From Callorhinchus milii (Eukaryota): DNA of 60,000 nucleotides. A program made the position numbers and the translations under genes. Under the pieces are notes generated by a model. The model had not been told where the DNA came from and made no database searches. It saw only the letters and a program-made list of their open reading frames with translations. The DNA lies in the NCBI RefSeq assembly GCF_018977255.1, contig NW_024704742.1, positions 98,210,001 through 98,270,000 of the forward strand, read 5' to 3'. This document shows positions 24,080 to 36,877 of the stretch, piece after piece (position 1 is the stretch's first letter; each line of letters begins with the position of its first letter).

Positions 24080-24325
24080 TTTGCTGACAGCAATGTCCCA
24101 CAAACAGGCATGAAGTAAATGACCAATTTTATCTGGGGGAATTGTTGGCAAGACATTGGGTGATGTTAAAGATCTCATGGCACTAGCAGTATCGTGGCAA
24201 CAACAACCCCAGATAAAATTGCCATTTACTTCATGTGAGATAATGCTGTGCCCAAATCAGCTGTTGCAGTCACCTACAAAGTACAGTCACTACACTTTAC
24301 AATACAAACAAAGCTCTTGGCAATG
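24080..24325. mobile_element. Two Deu-SINE fragments in inverted orientation
   Basis: Minus fragment ~24085-24155 and plus fragment ~24160-24325 (gttaaagatctcatggcacta...). Confidence 0.75.
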
Positions 24326-24329
24326 CTAG

Positions 24330-25670
24330 CTGGGCATCCAAGCTAGGGGGCGGAGAACAAGAGAGTGAGAAGAGGAAAGATGACGGAAAGCATGATCAAA
24401 GAGGTACATCTTGAGACGGACCTTGAATGAGGTGAGGGAGGGAGTGAGTTAGAGAAACTTAAGGATTTAGCTCAGAGAGTGGGGGTCAGAATGGTAGAAA
24501 GCCTGCCTGCCAATAATGGGATGGACAGGGTGAGGATATGAAGCAGGCCAGTGTTTGAGGAACAAAGGGAGTGGCTGGATTGATAGGGTTGAAGGAGGGC
24601 ACCACCCTAGCTCTCCGATCTGCTTAAACCCCACAACCCACTGCCTTCGCTCTACTGGCTGTGGCCTTCTGGGTGTTTCTTGTGCCCTATGCACCACCAT
24701 AGGGGGCCACGCTTTCATCCACTACACCCCAAAACTCTGGAACACTCTTTTTCTATCCATCCATCTTGTCTCTTTCTTCCCCATCTTCAGGTCATGCCTG
24801 TAGAACTTCCTATTTCACTGTGTCTACAGTCACCTCCCCCGACACCTGGCTCGGTGTCGTGCTCCACCACTGTCAAGCACTCTGGGATGCTACCCTGTGT
24901 AAGGGGCGCTATATAAATGCAAGTTGTTGTTGGAGCAAGACCATGGAGTAATTTGAATGTGAGAAGGAGGATCTTGAACTTATTTCACTGGGGGATGGGG
25001 AGCCAGTGTAGCCGAGGAAGGCTGGTGTGGTGCGGAAGAAGACACAAGCTGCAGAGTTCTGGATCGTCTGCAGCTTGTGCAGGGCATTAGTGTAGTCGAG
25101 CCTGAATATACTAAAAGCTTGGATGAGGGTCTCAGTGGCCCGAGGGGAGAGGTTGTGGTGAAGGCAGGCAATGTTACAGAGGTGAGGAAAAGCTAAGTGG
25201 TTAAGTGCATAGATGTGGGGTATAAAAGACAGGCTCCGCAAGATACATCTATGCAGGTGAGGTGAGAAAGCTCTGATGGAACATTAGAACTCATCCAGGA
25301 CTTGATGCCTGACAGGCAATCAGACAAAATAGCAGTGGTCCAGGAGTCAAATTGGCAGAGAAATAGAGATAGCTGTCATCTGCCTGTATATGGTTGATGA
25401 TGCCGAGTTGGAGCACATAGATAGTGAAGAGGAAAGCACCAAGGATAGAATCCTGAGGAATACTGCATGTAACTGTGTGGGGGCAGGAGGAGAGTTGTTT
25501 GATGTAACAAAGTGGAGGCACTAATATAGGTAAAAGTGAAACAAGAATGGGACAGAGAAGTCAATGTGGAACAGAGAGGAGGGATGGCAGAGAAGAATGG
25601 TATGTTGGACAGTGTTGACGGGGGTAGAGAGATCAAAGAGAACAAAAAGGCAGAGAGAGCCCTGGTCATA
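24330..25670 (-). mobile_element. Old L2 LINE (RT to 3' UTR) with a nested plus-strand L2 3' end at ~24598-24930
   Basis: IPQDSILGAFLFTIY, ADDSYLY and ATETLIQAFSIFRLDYTNAL motifs; the insert ends ggggcgctatataaatgcaagttgttgtt. Confidence 0.88.
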
Positions 25671-27509
25671 AAGGGAGAGAACTTTGCATTTCACAGAACT
25701 TTATCCTGTCAAGTGCTTTGAGATGACCTCTGACGTGAAAGGCGCTATATAAAATGTAAGGATTATGATCATTATTATTATGCCCAGTACAAACACACAC
25801 ACACACAAAATGGTTAATTTTATTACAACTACCTTCCCTTCAGTGTACTCAACTGCTTTTCCCTCACTGTCTCTATGGGTGTTTGTTTATTGTGCAGAAT
25901 TCTTTTTTGGAAAATACTTATAAGTCTGATTCTAATTTGATTTCCATTCCAAAGGAGACTGTAAATGTAATTTTGTTGTTGTTGTTATTGAGACATTCAA
26001 CATTGCCACATATATTTTGGCTTCTAATGGCTCCTAAGAAATTTATTTCTTGCTTTTCCTGTATGGAGGTTAAGCTGTATCCTCCCAGTCGTCCTTGAAT
26101 TCTCTATGGTCCTTGGCACTGGGAGATCAATAAAAACGGTAAATTACAAAACAAAACACGACCGGGCAGAACAGACATAGATATGATGAAATAACTCTTT
26201 CACTACCACGATAAAGTATATCTTTTATGTATACGTACATTTTTTGTAATTTTTTCCAACATTGCTGTGTGCAAATTGGCTGCTGTGTTTGTCCACAAAA
26301 TACATTGTCACACGACTTTGCAGTATAATCTGTGAAGTACTTTGAGACATCTGACGTCATTCATGAGCAGCTCATGAATGAGCATTCCTGCTATTTTAAT
26401 CTTTACAAAGGAAAAGGCTATTGCTTAGCATTACCTACACATTTCTACTTTTCCTCCGGAATTGAATCTGCATACTATTGTATGTATGTCCAGAGATACT
26501 CAAGATCTTTTACCTGCGGTGGAACACAACATGAATTCATGTACCATTCATCTAGGAGAGCATCTCGGAATGGAACAAGGCTAACCTCTATTATATTATA
26601 CACTGATGTAAGTTAAATGGCTCTTGCTCCTTCAGCCAATGCTTATGTTTCTTTCAATGCCCTCTCGAGGATTCAACTTTCTTTCAGTGTCACCAGTGCT
26701 CACAGACTCCCATCTTTTCCGTTGCTTAGCATTTGCTGCTTTATCTTTTAACCTTTCCATAACATTTTGTAGCAATTTTATTCTCTAAATACTTGTTAAT
26801 TATTAATTAATTATAGCAACTAATAATAGTGAAATTCATTTATTATTACAACTATTAATTAGTGTTAATCATTCCTAGGTTTCAAAATTAATTAGGATTA
26901 AATAGATGTTCCTGGAAACCAGATGTATTCTATAAAGTACATTTGTCAGTAGCTACAAAGAGATGCCTTGGTCCTAACTTAGCTGTGTGGCCATTAACAC
27001 TTGTAGTTTAGTTTGTGTAATCTACATATCCTAGGTGTGTATCCTTTATTTAAAGCAGCCTGTGCTTTAAATATCACCTATCTTGTGATCTTGATTACTG
27101 GCACCTCAAACCATCTTATAATTGCATGGGAGTCAGGCAAGATTCGTAAATCTATCATTGTGACAGATGTTATGAGTTGCAGTGAGAGCTGTAGAAATGT
27201 AGGTCTGTGAGTAAATGAATTACAGTAATCAACAGAGAGAAACTATTAACTTTCCCAATTCATACTATCAGGTGCAGATAATTTTATTGGAAATTCAAGA
27301 ATTGGAATCTTAGAAAAACATTCACTTCTGTTGAGAACTAAATGAAAATAGAGAAGGCTAATAAATAAAGTGCATTTAGTACAATGAATCTGTTAAATGT
27401 ATCAGACAAAGAGGTTATTTACTTCAGTTATATGCAAAGCTATACGTTTGTATTTTAAATACATGTTTTAACTTTGTGCCTTTAAAAGGGTCTGGTGACA
27501 CATGTGTGC

Positions 27510-27915
27510 AAATCTGGCTCAATTGGTAACACTTTTGTTTCTGATTCAGAAGATTGTGGGTTAAGCTCCACATTGGGACTTTGAGCTCACAATCCAAGTC
27601 TGATGCTGCAGTGCAATGCTGGGTTAGCACTGCATTGTCAGTGGTGCCATCCTTTGAATGAGATGTTAAACTGAGGTTCCATCTGCCTGTTTGGGTAGAT
27701 GCTAAAGATCCCATGGCACAATTCAAAAAGAAAAGGGAGTTTCTCCTGGTATCCTGTCTAATAATCACCAGATAAAAATCAGTCATTTGTCTCATGACTG
27801 TTTGTGGGATATTGCAATGCTCAAATAGGCTGGCATATTTGCCTTCAAATACTTTACACTACACTTTATAATAAATCATGTGAAGCACTTTATATCAAAT
27901 GCAAGAACTGTTATG
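27510..27915 (+). mobile_element. Deu-domain SINE, full length
   Basis: tRNA-like head tggctcaattggtaa...gggttaag and Deu core gctaaagatcccatggcacaattcaaaaagaaaagggagtttctcc. Confidence 0.9.
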
Positions 27916-29822
27916 GTTTTTATAATGAGGCTTAAAATGCAATATTTGCAAACCACATTCAAGTTGTTTATCACCAATGTTTTGCTCACTGATCTTTTTG
28001 GAGAACTTTGCCGGCTTGGGATTTATGATTTTGCTATTTTACAAATCTCAATATTCAATATTCACCAACTGCTAGTTGCAATTAGTAACTTTAGTTGCAA
28101 ACATTACATTTTAGATCTCAATGTATTCAATAATTTTCAAATGCATTTTTAATATATGTCAGATACTCTTGCCACATAAAAGATGGACTCAAAGGGATTT
28201 AGCATTTTGGCAATGCATATTATCAAATGGGTATAGTTGTGACTCCAAGCTGTGAAGAAATAGCTGTGGTCTTATAAAATAACTCAATTACTTGAATAAG
28301 TATAGTTATGTGATAGATCAGATTCTTCTTCCACAAAGTGGAAAATTTGTGCCACTCTCAGTTCTTCCAGCATTTCTTTCTCCTTGAGTATCCTGGGTCA
28401 AGTGTAATGTAAGAGTTGCGTTATTGAATGCTACTGTTGCCTAGCAATTAACAGAAGCCACTTGGGGTAGAGTAGCATTGCTCTGGGAGCTACACCTCAT
28501 GAAGGGTGCTGGATAAATGCAAGGTATTGTTGTTGTTGATGCACAGTAGTTACTTTCATCCTCAATTAAGCCTATAATTAAGATATTTACAATTTGTAAA
28601 CTGCCTATTGGTTCTCACCAACCTAAGCCTAATACTTTCCAGAATTAGATAAGTATCCCTCGAGGAAGAGTTTGGCATATTATTCCAGACACAGAGAAAT
28701 TTCCAATATGCAGGTGACACACATTTGTCGTTGTCTTGTTTAGATACTCTTAAGCATATTGATGGATTTATGCATGTGATTTCTGCACAGTGAAAAAAAC
28801 TCCAGCAATCATTTGCATTGATTTGCATTGATCTACTGATTCACTTGCAGGCAAATCCTAACTGGATATTTTCTTATTTTTTTGCCAGTGGACTTTAAAT
28901 GTTGTAGTGGATGAAAATCACAGGATGATTTAATTCTCAGTGCAAATCCTTGCCACAATCCCTTTATGGTTATTCCAACATACTTTGCATTCTGGTAGCA
29001 TTTGGAATGACAATGGATTATCGAATTTGGAGCATTCATATGACTTATGATTTTATTCACAAGTCTGTGGGAAATACCAGCACCTCCCAACAAAGGAAAC
29101 GTAAGTTCATTTCGGTATTCTGTTACACAGTACTTTGTATAAAAAACAGAGTCTGATGTTTTTGGATTCCCTGTTGTCCTTAGCCAACCCTGAACTCTTT
29201 CCCCTGCCTCATCTGAACTACCATGAAGGAGTCATGCACCAGGTTGAATGGCAACAAGATTTTCCTATCTAATAAATATAAAGAACAGTGAAGACATCTT
29301 AATGAGTGTACAACTTATACAGCACCACCTTGGTGACTCTACAGTCACAAAGGTGGTGCCTTGGTGACAAATGCACTCTGTGTAATGGAACATAGTTGTT
29401 GGCACACTGGGTTCTTATAATCATCACAGGTGTGTCTGGAAACAGCCAGCAGCATAAAAGTTAATAGATGTGCGACCTTCACAGCGAATAGTAATGTTGG
29501 CAAAATTACAGACTGGTGTTGTAAATCACTACAATTCTTTACATAGACCAGCCTGAATTAGTGTGCAGAATTTAAGGTTCTTCAGACATTTCACTTCAGT
29601 AAGAGCTGGATAATTGGTTCTCAGCTATCATATTATATCAAAAATAATCAATGCTGCTCGTCAACCACTTCCTTGGTGATTCTGGGAGCAGTTAAATAAT
29701 GCTCCAGTAGTATTAAGTCCTACTAAAGTTTAGGATGAAAATTAGTTTAATTTGTGACTAAATTTGCAACTTGGCATTCATCTCAATAATCCTCCCATTT
29801 AATGAACCTCAAAATCTCTCTC

Positions 29823-30178
29823 ATAATAATAATAATCCTTGCATTTTATATAATGCCTTATCACGTCTTTGAGACGTCTTAAAGCACTTCATAGAATAAA
29901 CTGTAAATTTAATTGACTATATTTTGTGGGTGAAACACGGCAGCTAATTGTGCACAGCAGGTATCCCACAAACAGTTGTGGATTGAATGACCAAATATTT
30001 TTTTAAAGGGATTATTACCCATGGAAAACTGATCCGCCAACCGGGTTCCTATTTATTGCTAGGTAAACAAGGCATGTTGAGTAAGGAAACTTGTCCAAGG
30101 TTTCGCCCTGCCTGGGAATCGAACCCAGGTCCTCTCATTTGCGAGGTTAGTGCTCTAACCACTAAGCTACAGGACTCC
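29823..30178 (-). mobile_element. Young tRNA-Ala SINE, long form, full length
   Basis: Complete head and tail plus the internal gctaggtaaacaaggc segment. Confidence 0.93.
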
Positions 30179-30344
30179 AAGAGTAATCATTACCAATAAT
30201 TATTTTCATTGTGGGAATAATCGGAACTCTTGGTAAATGAACCATTATATGTGACTTCACCACTCCTTCCAAAGAAGCTGGAGTCATTATTAAAGGCACC
30301 TATGCCAATAGCCACTAATGCCAATAGCATATTGGAACCCATAT

Positions 30345-30580
30345 TATCTATGCTGACACTCCAATGCAGTAATGGGGGGTTGCTATAAAGTTGGAGGTGC
30401 ATCCTTTGGATGAGATAGTAAACCAAGACGTGTCTGCTAAGATTGACTTTAAAGATCCCACGGCAATATTTGAAAAGAGAAAAGTGTTTCTCCGGGTGCC
30501 CTGGCCAACAGTCCCCAAATAAAAATGATCATTCACTCCATGACTGTCTGTAGGATATAGCAGCGGCTGCTGCATTCGTC
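30345..30580 (+). mobile_element. Deu-domain SINE, partial
   Basis: gctgacactccaatgcag...cctttggatgaga...taaagatcccacggcaatatttgaaaagag. Confidence 0.82.
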
Positions 30581-32139
30581 CATTGTCCGATACGCCACTC
30601 TCTGTAATGTTGTTAAATATCAGTGAGAATCATTCTCCGATCAGTAAATGTACTAACTTCAGTGAGCGAAAGCCATCGATGTTGAAAATGTTATCAGACA
30701 GCAGAAAATAAGATGCACTTGCCTTCCAAGGTTGTTACATTTAAGGCAGATCAAAGAATCACTCTGAAGCAATCCTTGCTCCAAATATCTAACATAAATG
30801 TTACTATAAGGTGAAAAACACAATCTTTCATAACAAAGCCATAACACATTCAACGTGTTATAAAATATTGAATTTTTTTACCCCTAAGTATTAGAGAATT
30901 CCTACATTAAGCTGTATAAGGCCAGGTATTGTCAGCCTGGGGAAATGAAGACGTGCAGAAAAGCAAGATAGTTGCTTGGAGATTTAGGCTGAAATCACTG
31001 CAGATTTGACCTTGTTGTTGTACAATAAAGTCAATATTTTTTAAGGCTACTACTAGAGACTTGGTTCTTCTTCTGCAAGAAGAATTGGAATCACTGCACT
31101 ATGTTATGGGAGGTTCATTTCTGCAGCTTCCCCACTACAAAGTGAAATGCCTGTCCTTGGGATAATAAGGATCGAATGTATTTTGTGTGTTGCGGTTTTC
31201 AGGGCAAAAAAATAATTTGGAACTTTATGATTACTTGGTCATGTACTGATTTGTGAAGTTACACATCTCTTCATTCAGATCCTCAAATATCAAGCAGGTT
31301 TTTATGGAGCACTAGATTTGAACATAAGTTTAAATTCACATGGGTCGATTGATAACCATGGCAAAGCGTTATTCGTCTAGACTGTCGAAGAATTAATCTG
31401 GAAAGAGTCATGGAACAGAAACAGATTTAAGATGAAAAACCGAAGAAAATTCTGCATTGATTTTATTTTTTCTTATTCTTACCTGGAATATCAAAGACGT
31501 TGCCAAGGTGTCTGAGAGATCCCTGTGGCAGAACCAGATACACAGGGGAGAGTTACAAAAATATGCCATGTGTGACACAACCAATTTCTTCACAAAAATT
31601 ACTTTGGAATAAATGCAATCTGAAAAAAATTGACAAAAAGCCCTAAAGGAGGGGTATGTCACCTTGAAACATCAGTGGCAAACGTGATTTCTAGACTAAC
31701 TTCAGAAGTGCCGTTGAATGTCACTACAATGTCAATCAATAATATACAACTTTTATTAGTACACAGTTGCAGTTGAACCTTTTTTTGACATTAATCAGTT
31801 TGCTTAATATGGAATCCAAGCTGTGCAAAAGATATTCTACAAGTCATACCTACTGATGGCAAATCTGCTCCAACATACCCACATCTGGAGCAGAGCTTTT
31901 GTTGCTGTCGGGAGTTTTTATTAAGTGATCCTGTTAAGAAATACTACAATTTATACCAGTATTTAAAAATGATATGTGCTCATTTTTCAAAGTTCAAGAA
32001 TAGGCAGATTTTATATCCAATTCATGATATTAATATACCAGATGTAATGCTCTAATTATGAATTATGGTTGCAAATGTCAAAAGCTGTCCAATTTGTGAA
32101 ATCTGCAAATTGTGAATTCCAAAAGTTGTCATTGTCTTT

Positions 32140-32530
32140 TAGGTCTGGCTTAGTTGGTAGCTTTCTTGCTTCTGAGTCAGAAGGTTGTGGGTTCAAGCCC
32201 CATTTTGGTACTTTGAACTTATGGCTGACACCCCAGTGCAGAGCTTGGGGTGTGCTTTATTGTTGGTAGTACCATCCTTTGTATGAAATTTTAAACTGAG
32301 GTCCTGTTCAGGTGGACGTTATCTGTCCTGTGCTGTTATTTGAAAAGAAAAGGGAGTTTCCCTTGCTGTTCTGGCCTAGTCCTAGGTAACAGATAATAAT
32401 GATCATTCATTCCATAGCTGTTTGTGGAACACTACTAGGTGTGCATATATTGACTGTCATGCTCTTTACAAACTACATAGTCACACCACTTTGTGGTAAA
32501 TCTTGTAAGTGTTTTGAAGCTGGTTTTAAG
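32140..32530 (+). mobile_element. Deu-domain SINE, near full length
   Basis: tggcttagttggtagc...tctgagtcagaaggttgtgggttcaagcccc head and Deu body. Confidence 0.88.
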
Positions 32531-33419
32531 GACAATTAATTCTCATTCGATGGTAGCATTTGATGGGCTGAATGGCCTCCTTTTGTGCTGTAAATTTCTA
32601 TTGCATTTGAGGATGTCCTCTGGATGTGTAAGCCACTGCTGTATAAAATGTACATTGTATTGTATTGTTCAAAGAAGCAGCTATTTGAATTGGAATTAGC
32701 AAATGCAGGTAATGAACACATTTTTTTAGCCTCTTTGTCTTTCTTTTTCTAAATCCTTGACAAATACAAAATGTTTTCTCAGCGTCTTTTGATCATTAAG
32801 TCCCTCTTTCATAACCAATAAAACTGGTTAATGCACAGAAATGAAATCAATAGTAGAAGATGTGCTGCGAGATAGCTCTGTGCACAGTACTTTCACTTTC
32901 ACAAAGCTTGTTAAATGAGCAAACCTTCTGCTCAAAGCACGTATGCAGCAGTAGTCTGTGTGTTCCTGGTAATTCATCAATTCAAGTTAAGAGGGTGGCA
33001 TTTTCTTGCATCAAATGTTGGTAACCTTTAAGAAAATTAATGTGTATACTTTTTGTATTGTAGCAATTTTATTAAAATCACTGAATACTTAAAAGTCTAA
33101 AAAGTCATTTGTCAGTGCCTGACAAATCAACTGGAATATTTTCCCATAGGAAAAGCTTCCCAGCATGGTCGCATTCAGCAGGAACTGTCCAATGTCTTTT
33201 TAACTATTCTTTGAAGGATATTTTCACCAAGGGCAAGGCCTCATGTTCAGAAACATTCCACTATATGGACTTGACAAACTTCTTCTAGCTGACCACAGAA
33301 AAGTGAATATGTATTTGTAAAGCACTTTTGTAATGGAATGGAGATATTAAATCCAGCTTTTAAGCAATTTTACACCACTTTCTTGTCATTGTGTCAGCGG
33401 GAACAAGCTGTGTTGTAAT

Positions 33420-33790
33420 ATCAGCTGACGTGCCAGGCTGGCACTTGAGGAGTATTGCATTGTTGGAGTTGCAGTCGCGTGAATACACATTTAAACTGAG
33501 GTTCCAGTCAAATGATACTATTTAAAAAGTGAGGGAGATGCTCATTGTGTCTTGGCTTACAATCCGTATGGTTGTGGGATTGTGCTGGTGCAAATGTTTA
33601 CCTACAATAATAATGATAATAATCCTTGTATTTGATATAGCGCTTTTCATGTTTTCTAGACGTCTCAAAGCGCTTCACAGAATAGACTAAAGTGAATTAA
33701 CTGTATATTTGTGGGCAAAATGCGGCAGCGAATTGCACACAGCAGGGTCCCACAAACAGTTGTGGATTGAAATGACCAATTTATTTTTTT
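33420..33790. mobile_element. Decayed plus-strand Deu-SINE followed by the 3' half of a minus-strand young SINE (33605-33790)
   Basis: gtattgcattgttggag...ttaaactgagg; then taatccttgtatttgatatagcgc. Confidence 0.8.
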
Positions 33791-33980
33791 ACAAAAAGAC
33801 TCACTGGACTTGACAGTTATTTGTTGTGAAACACTGAGCTGTTTGTCTATCAAAAGACAAGTTCTTTTTACACCTTCAAACTTTTCTTCAGTTTTCTTCT
33901 AATTTTTATCTATTTTCTGCTGGAAGCATTAATTCATATTGGAAAGCAGTAGTTCTCTATTCTTCATCTAGAAGACTAGA

Positions 33981-34362
33981 TAATAATAATAATAATAATC
34001 CTTGAATTTGATACAGTGCTTTTCACGTCTTCTAGACGTCCCAAAGCGCTTCACAGAGTGAGTATTACCGAACCATTTATTTACTTACAAAAAGCCTCCG
34101 TTTGCCTGACAGGAACCCAGTTGTGGATTGGCGGATCGTTTTTCGGGGGTAATGATCCCTTCAAAAGTGAAATAAAATAAATAATAATAGTCATTTGGTT
34201 ACTCAGTCCATGACTGTTTGTGGGACAGTGCTGTGCGCAATTGGCTGCCATATTTTGCCCAGATAGCGTATAGTCAATTCACTTTGCAGTATATTCTGTG
34301 AAGCGTTTTGAGACGTCTCAAAGATGTGATAGGGCACTATATCAAGTGGAAGGAATATAATA
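33981..34362. mobile_element. Minus-strand SINE tail (33981-34058) head-to-head with a plus-strand long-form SINE (~34094-34362)
   Basis: Outward-facing tails; gcctccgtttgcc...ggaacccagttg...gattggcggatc body. Confidence 0.85.
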
Positions 34363-34479
34363 AGGATTGTCATTATATTTCACGAAAATCATGAAAACCA
34401 CCATGGATCACTGAGTACTGAACAGATTCAAAACCTGTAGGTCATTCCCACTCCTTCATCTGGAGATTTTGAGAACAAT

Positions 34480-34570
34480 TGTGTTGGCCACCCCTGGCTG
34501 AGATTGACTTCTACAACACAGACCAGGGAATCTGTGCTTTTCCTAGTCTCAGTGGCCAAGATCCATGTTT
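34480..34570 (-). mobile_element. AmnSINE2-like ancient SINE fragment
   Basis: Minus strand ...gactaggaaaagcacagattccctggtctgtgttg...atctcagccaggggtggc resembles the AmnSINE2 5' region as I recall it. Confidence 0.5.
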
Positions 34571-34964
34571 GATAATACCAAAGCCGAAGCACATCGTCTA
34601 TATTTTATTGAGATCATTTCTCCCACTTAATTATTGAGTAATTGAATCTTAGCTAGCTCAGCCAGTTAGTATCGACTAGTAATGTTTGTTTTTACCCTCA
34701 GCAATAAATTCACAGCAATCCATAGGTGCAATTCAAGTTCTGAATATATCAGGCACTTTACACAACTGTAACAGCCAATGTACCATTTTACATCAACAGG
34801 AATCTGTATGCCATAGGAAATACAAGTAATATGTCTTGGAAATGTGAGCTGCATTAAATAGATGGAGAGATTCTACAAGATCATTCTTGAAGATCATGTG
34901 CTGAGTGATCATTTTGCTCTCATTCTATTGGAGATATTGTTCAAATCAATGTTTATAATACTAA

Positions 34965-35390
34965 TCGTCCTTGCATTTGTTATACTGTAGTGCCTTCTCA
35001 TGTCATCAAAGTGTCTCAAAGTACTTCACAGGATTTATTATAAAATGTAGTGATCGTGTGATTGTGTGTTTACATAGAAAGAGTTGCACACGGCAATCTC
35101 CTACAAACAGTGATGGAGTGAATGACCAATTTTATCTGGGGGATTGTCAGCCAGGACAAACATTAGGAGAAACTCCTTACTCTTTTCAAATAGTGCCACA
35201 TGATCTTTAAGAACAAGAACAAAATTACAATTATAGAGCGCCTTTCAGGTCGGGAGGACGTCCCAAAGCTATGATTACTACTAATTAAGATCCAACTAAA
35301 AGGCCAGATTGGACATCGGTTTAACATCTCACTTGAATGACATTGCATCAACAATGCAGCGCTTCTGCAACACTGTGTTGAACTATCAAC
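34965..35390 (-). mobile_element. Deu-domain SINE with a short L2 tail inserted at ~35213-35270
   Basis: ttcaaatagtgccacatgatctttaa | insert | gatccaactaaaaggccaga...ggtttaacatctca. Confidence 0.8.
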
Positions 35391-35545
35391 TAATTTAATA
35401 TAAAAGATGTTTTGTATTTTTCTGTAAAAAATGAGCTTCACTATTACAAAATGTGTAGGAAGCAGCTCAGGTGAACATATGAGTATGTAAATTAATCTTC
35501 AAATTTGTGTTAGCATGTATTATGAAAGCATTCCATTGCTTTCAT

Positions 35546-35833
35546 AACAACAACAACAAAATTTGCATAGTGCCTTTCACGTTCGGAGGACATCCCAAGG
35601 CATTGGACAATCAGTGTTTCGGTCCCTTTGCCTCACTTCCTCCCTTGCCTCCTTCAAGGTCGGTCTCAAGACCCTTCTCTTCGATCGTGCCTTTGGTCTC
35701 CCTCCCACCTCTCTGCCTTCCCTCACCCCTACACCACCACTCCCCCATGCTCGGGCCCCTGACTGTTCAGTGCTTTGGGACATCCTCCCGACGTGAAAGG
35801 CGCTCTGTAAATGTAATTTTGTTGTTGTTGTTG
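35546..35833. mobile_element. Head-to-head pair: minus-strand L2 tail joined to a plus-strand L2 3' end
   Basis: (caa)n...cctttcacgttcggaggacatcccaag on the left; ttgggacatcctcccgacgtgaaaggcgc...(ttg)n on the right. Confidence 0.9.
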
Positions 35834-35834
35834 T

Positions 35835-36345
35835 TACATTTGGTATTGCACATTTCATATCAGGAGGATATTTCAAAGCTCAGGGTTTACTGTAAAATGG
35901 AGTGCCTGCATGTTTTGTAAGCAAATGGAGCAGCTAAGTGACACACAGAAATGACCCACAAACATTAATGAAGTGAATTATCAATTTTATTGTTAATTAT
36001 TGGCTGTGACACCAGAGGAACACCCTTCTTTTTTTGAATAGTGCCGTGGGATTTTTAACGTCCAACTGAACAGACAGACAGGACTTTGGTTTAACATTTC
36101 ACTTGAACAGCATGCCACTGTTTATACTCTATATAGTTTCCAACCACTTTGTATTCCTTCTATTCCCTTCTCCCTCATTTAATGTTTCATCTGAAGGACT
36201 GCACTTCCATCATTGCTGCAAACTCCCAGCACTGCGTTGGAGTGTCAGCCTAGATATGAGTTCCAAGTCCTAATGTGAATCTTTAACCCATGATCTTCTG
36301 ACTCAGAGGCCAGGGTGCTATCCACTGAGCCAGGCTGACACGCAA
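35835..36345 (-). mobile_element. Deu-domain SINE, near full length
   Basis: gaatagtgccgtgggatttttaacgtcc...gagtgtcagcc...cttctgactcagaggc...actgagcca. Confidence 0.85.
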
Positions 36346-36877
36346 GCATTCAGTGGTCTGCTCATTGTGTTGGGCTGAGTTTTATAGCAACATTCCAAGT
36401 TTTTACAGAAAGACATGAACATGTTACACAACAGGAATGTTTTCTTAAATACAAGCAATACCATTCCCATTTTGTAGATTTACTTTTTTGACTTCTTTGG
36501 TACAGTTAACACTGAAATCCCTTGCCAGCAAAACCTGTACCGCAGCCAGCTCACAAATCCCAGACAGACAACCAGGAATCCTATGAGTTTGTGGAATGAA
36601 TTCGAAAATAAAATGTTCCGCCAGACAGATGAAGATCCTATGTGTTTTTTCTAAATATCCCCTACAGATATTTTCCTCATGTGCTAAGAGCAAATCGTTA
36701 AGAAATACCTAAAATATGTACTTCTAGTTGAGTAATGAGAGTTGAAGATTTGGTGACAATAATTAATGTAAGTGGGCAGCATGTTAATACATTTTGGATG
36801 AGCAGGACTGTCGATGGATGAGACCCAAATATGAGACTACCTAGACTGAAATTGTTAATCACTTAGGAAGTTAATAT

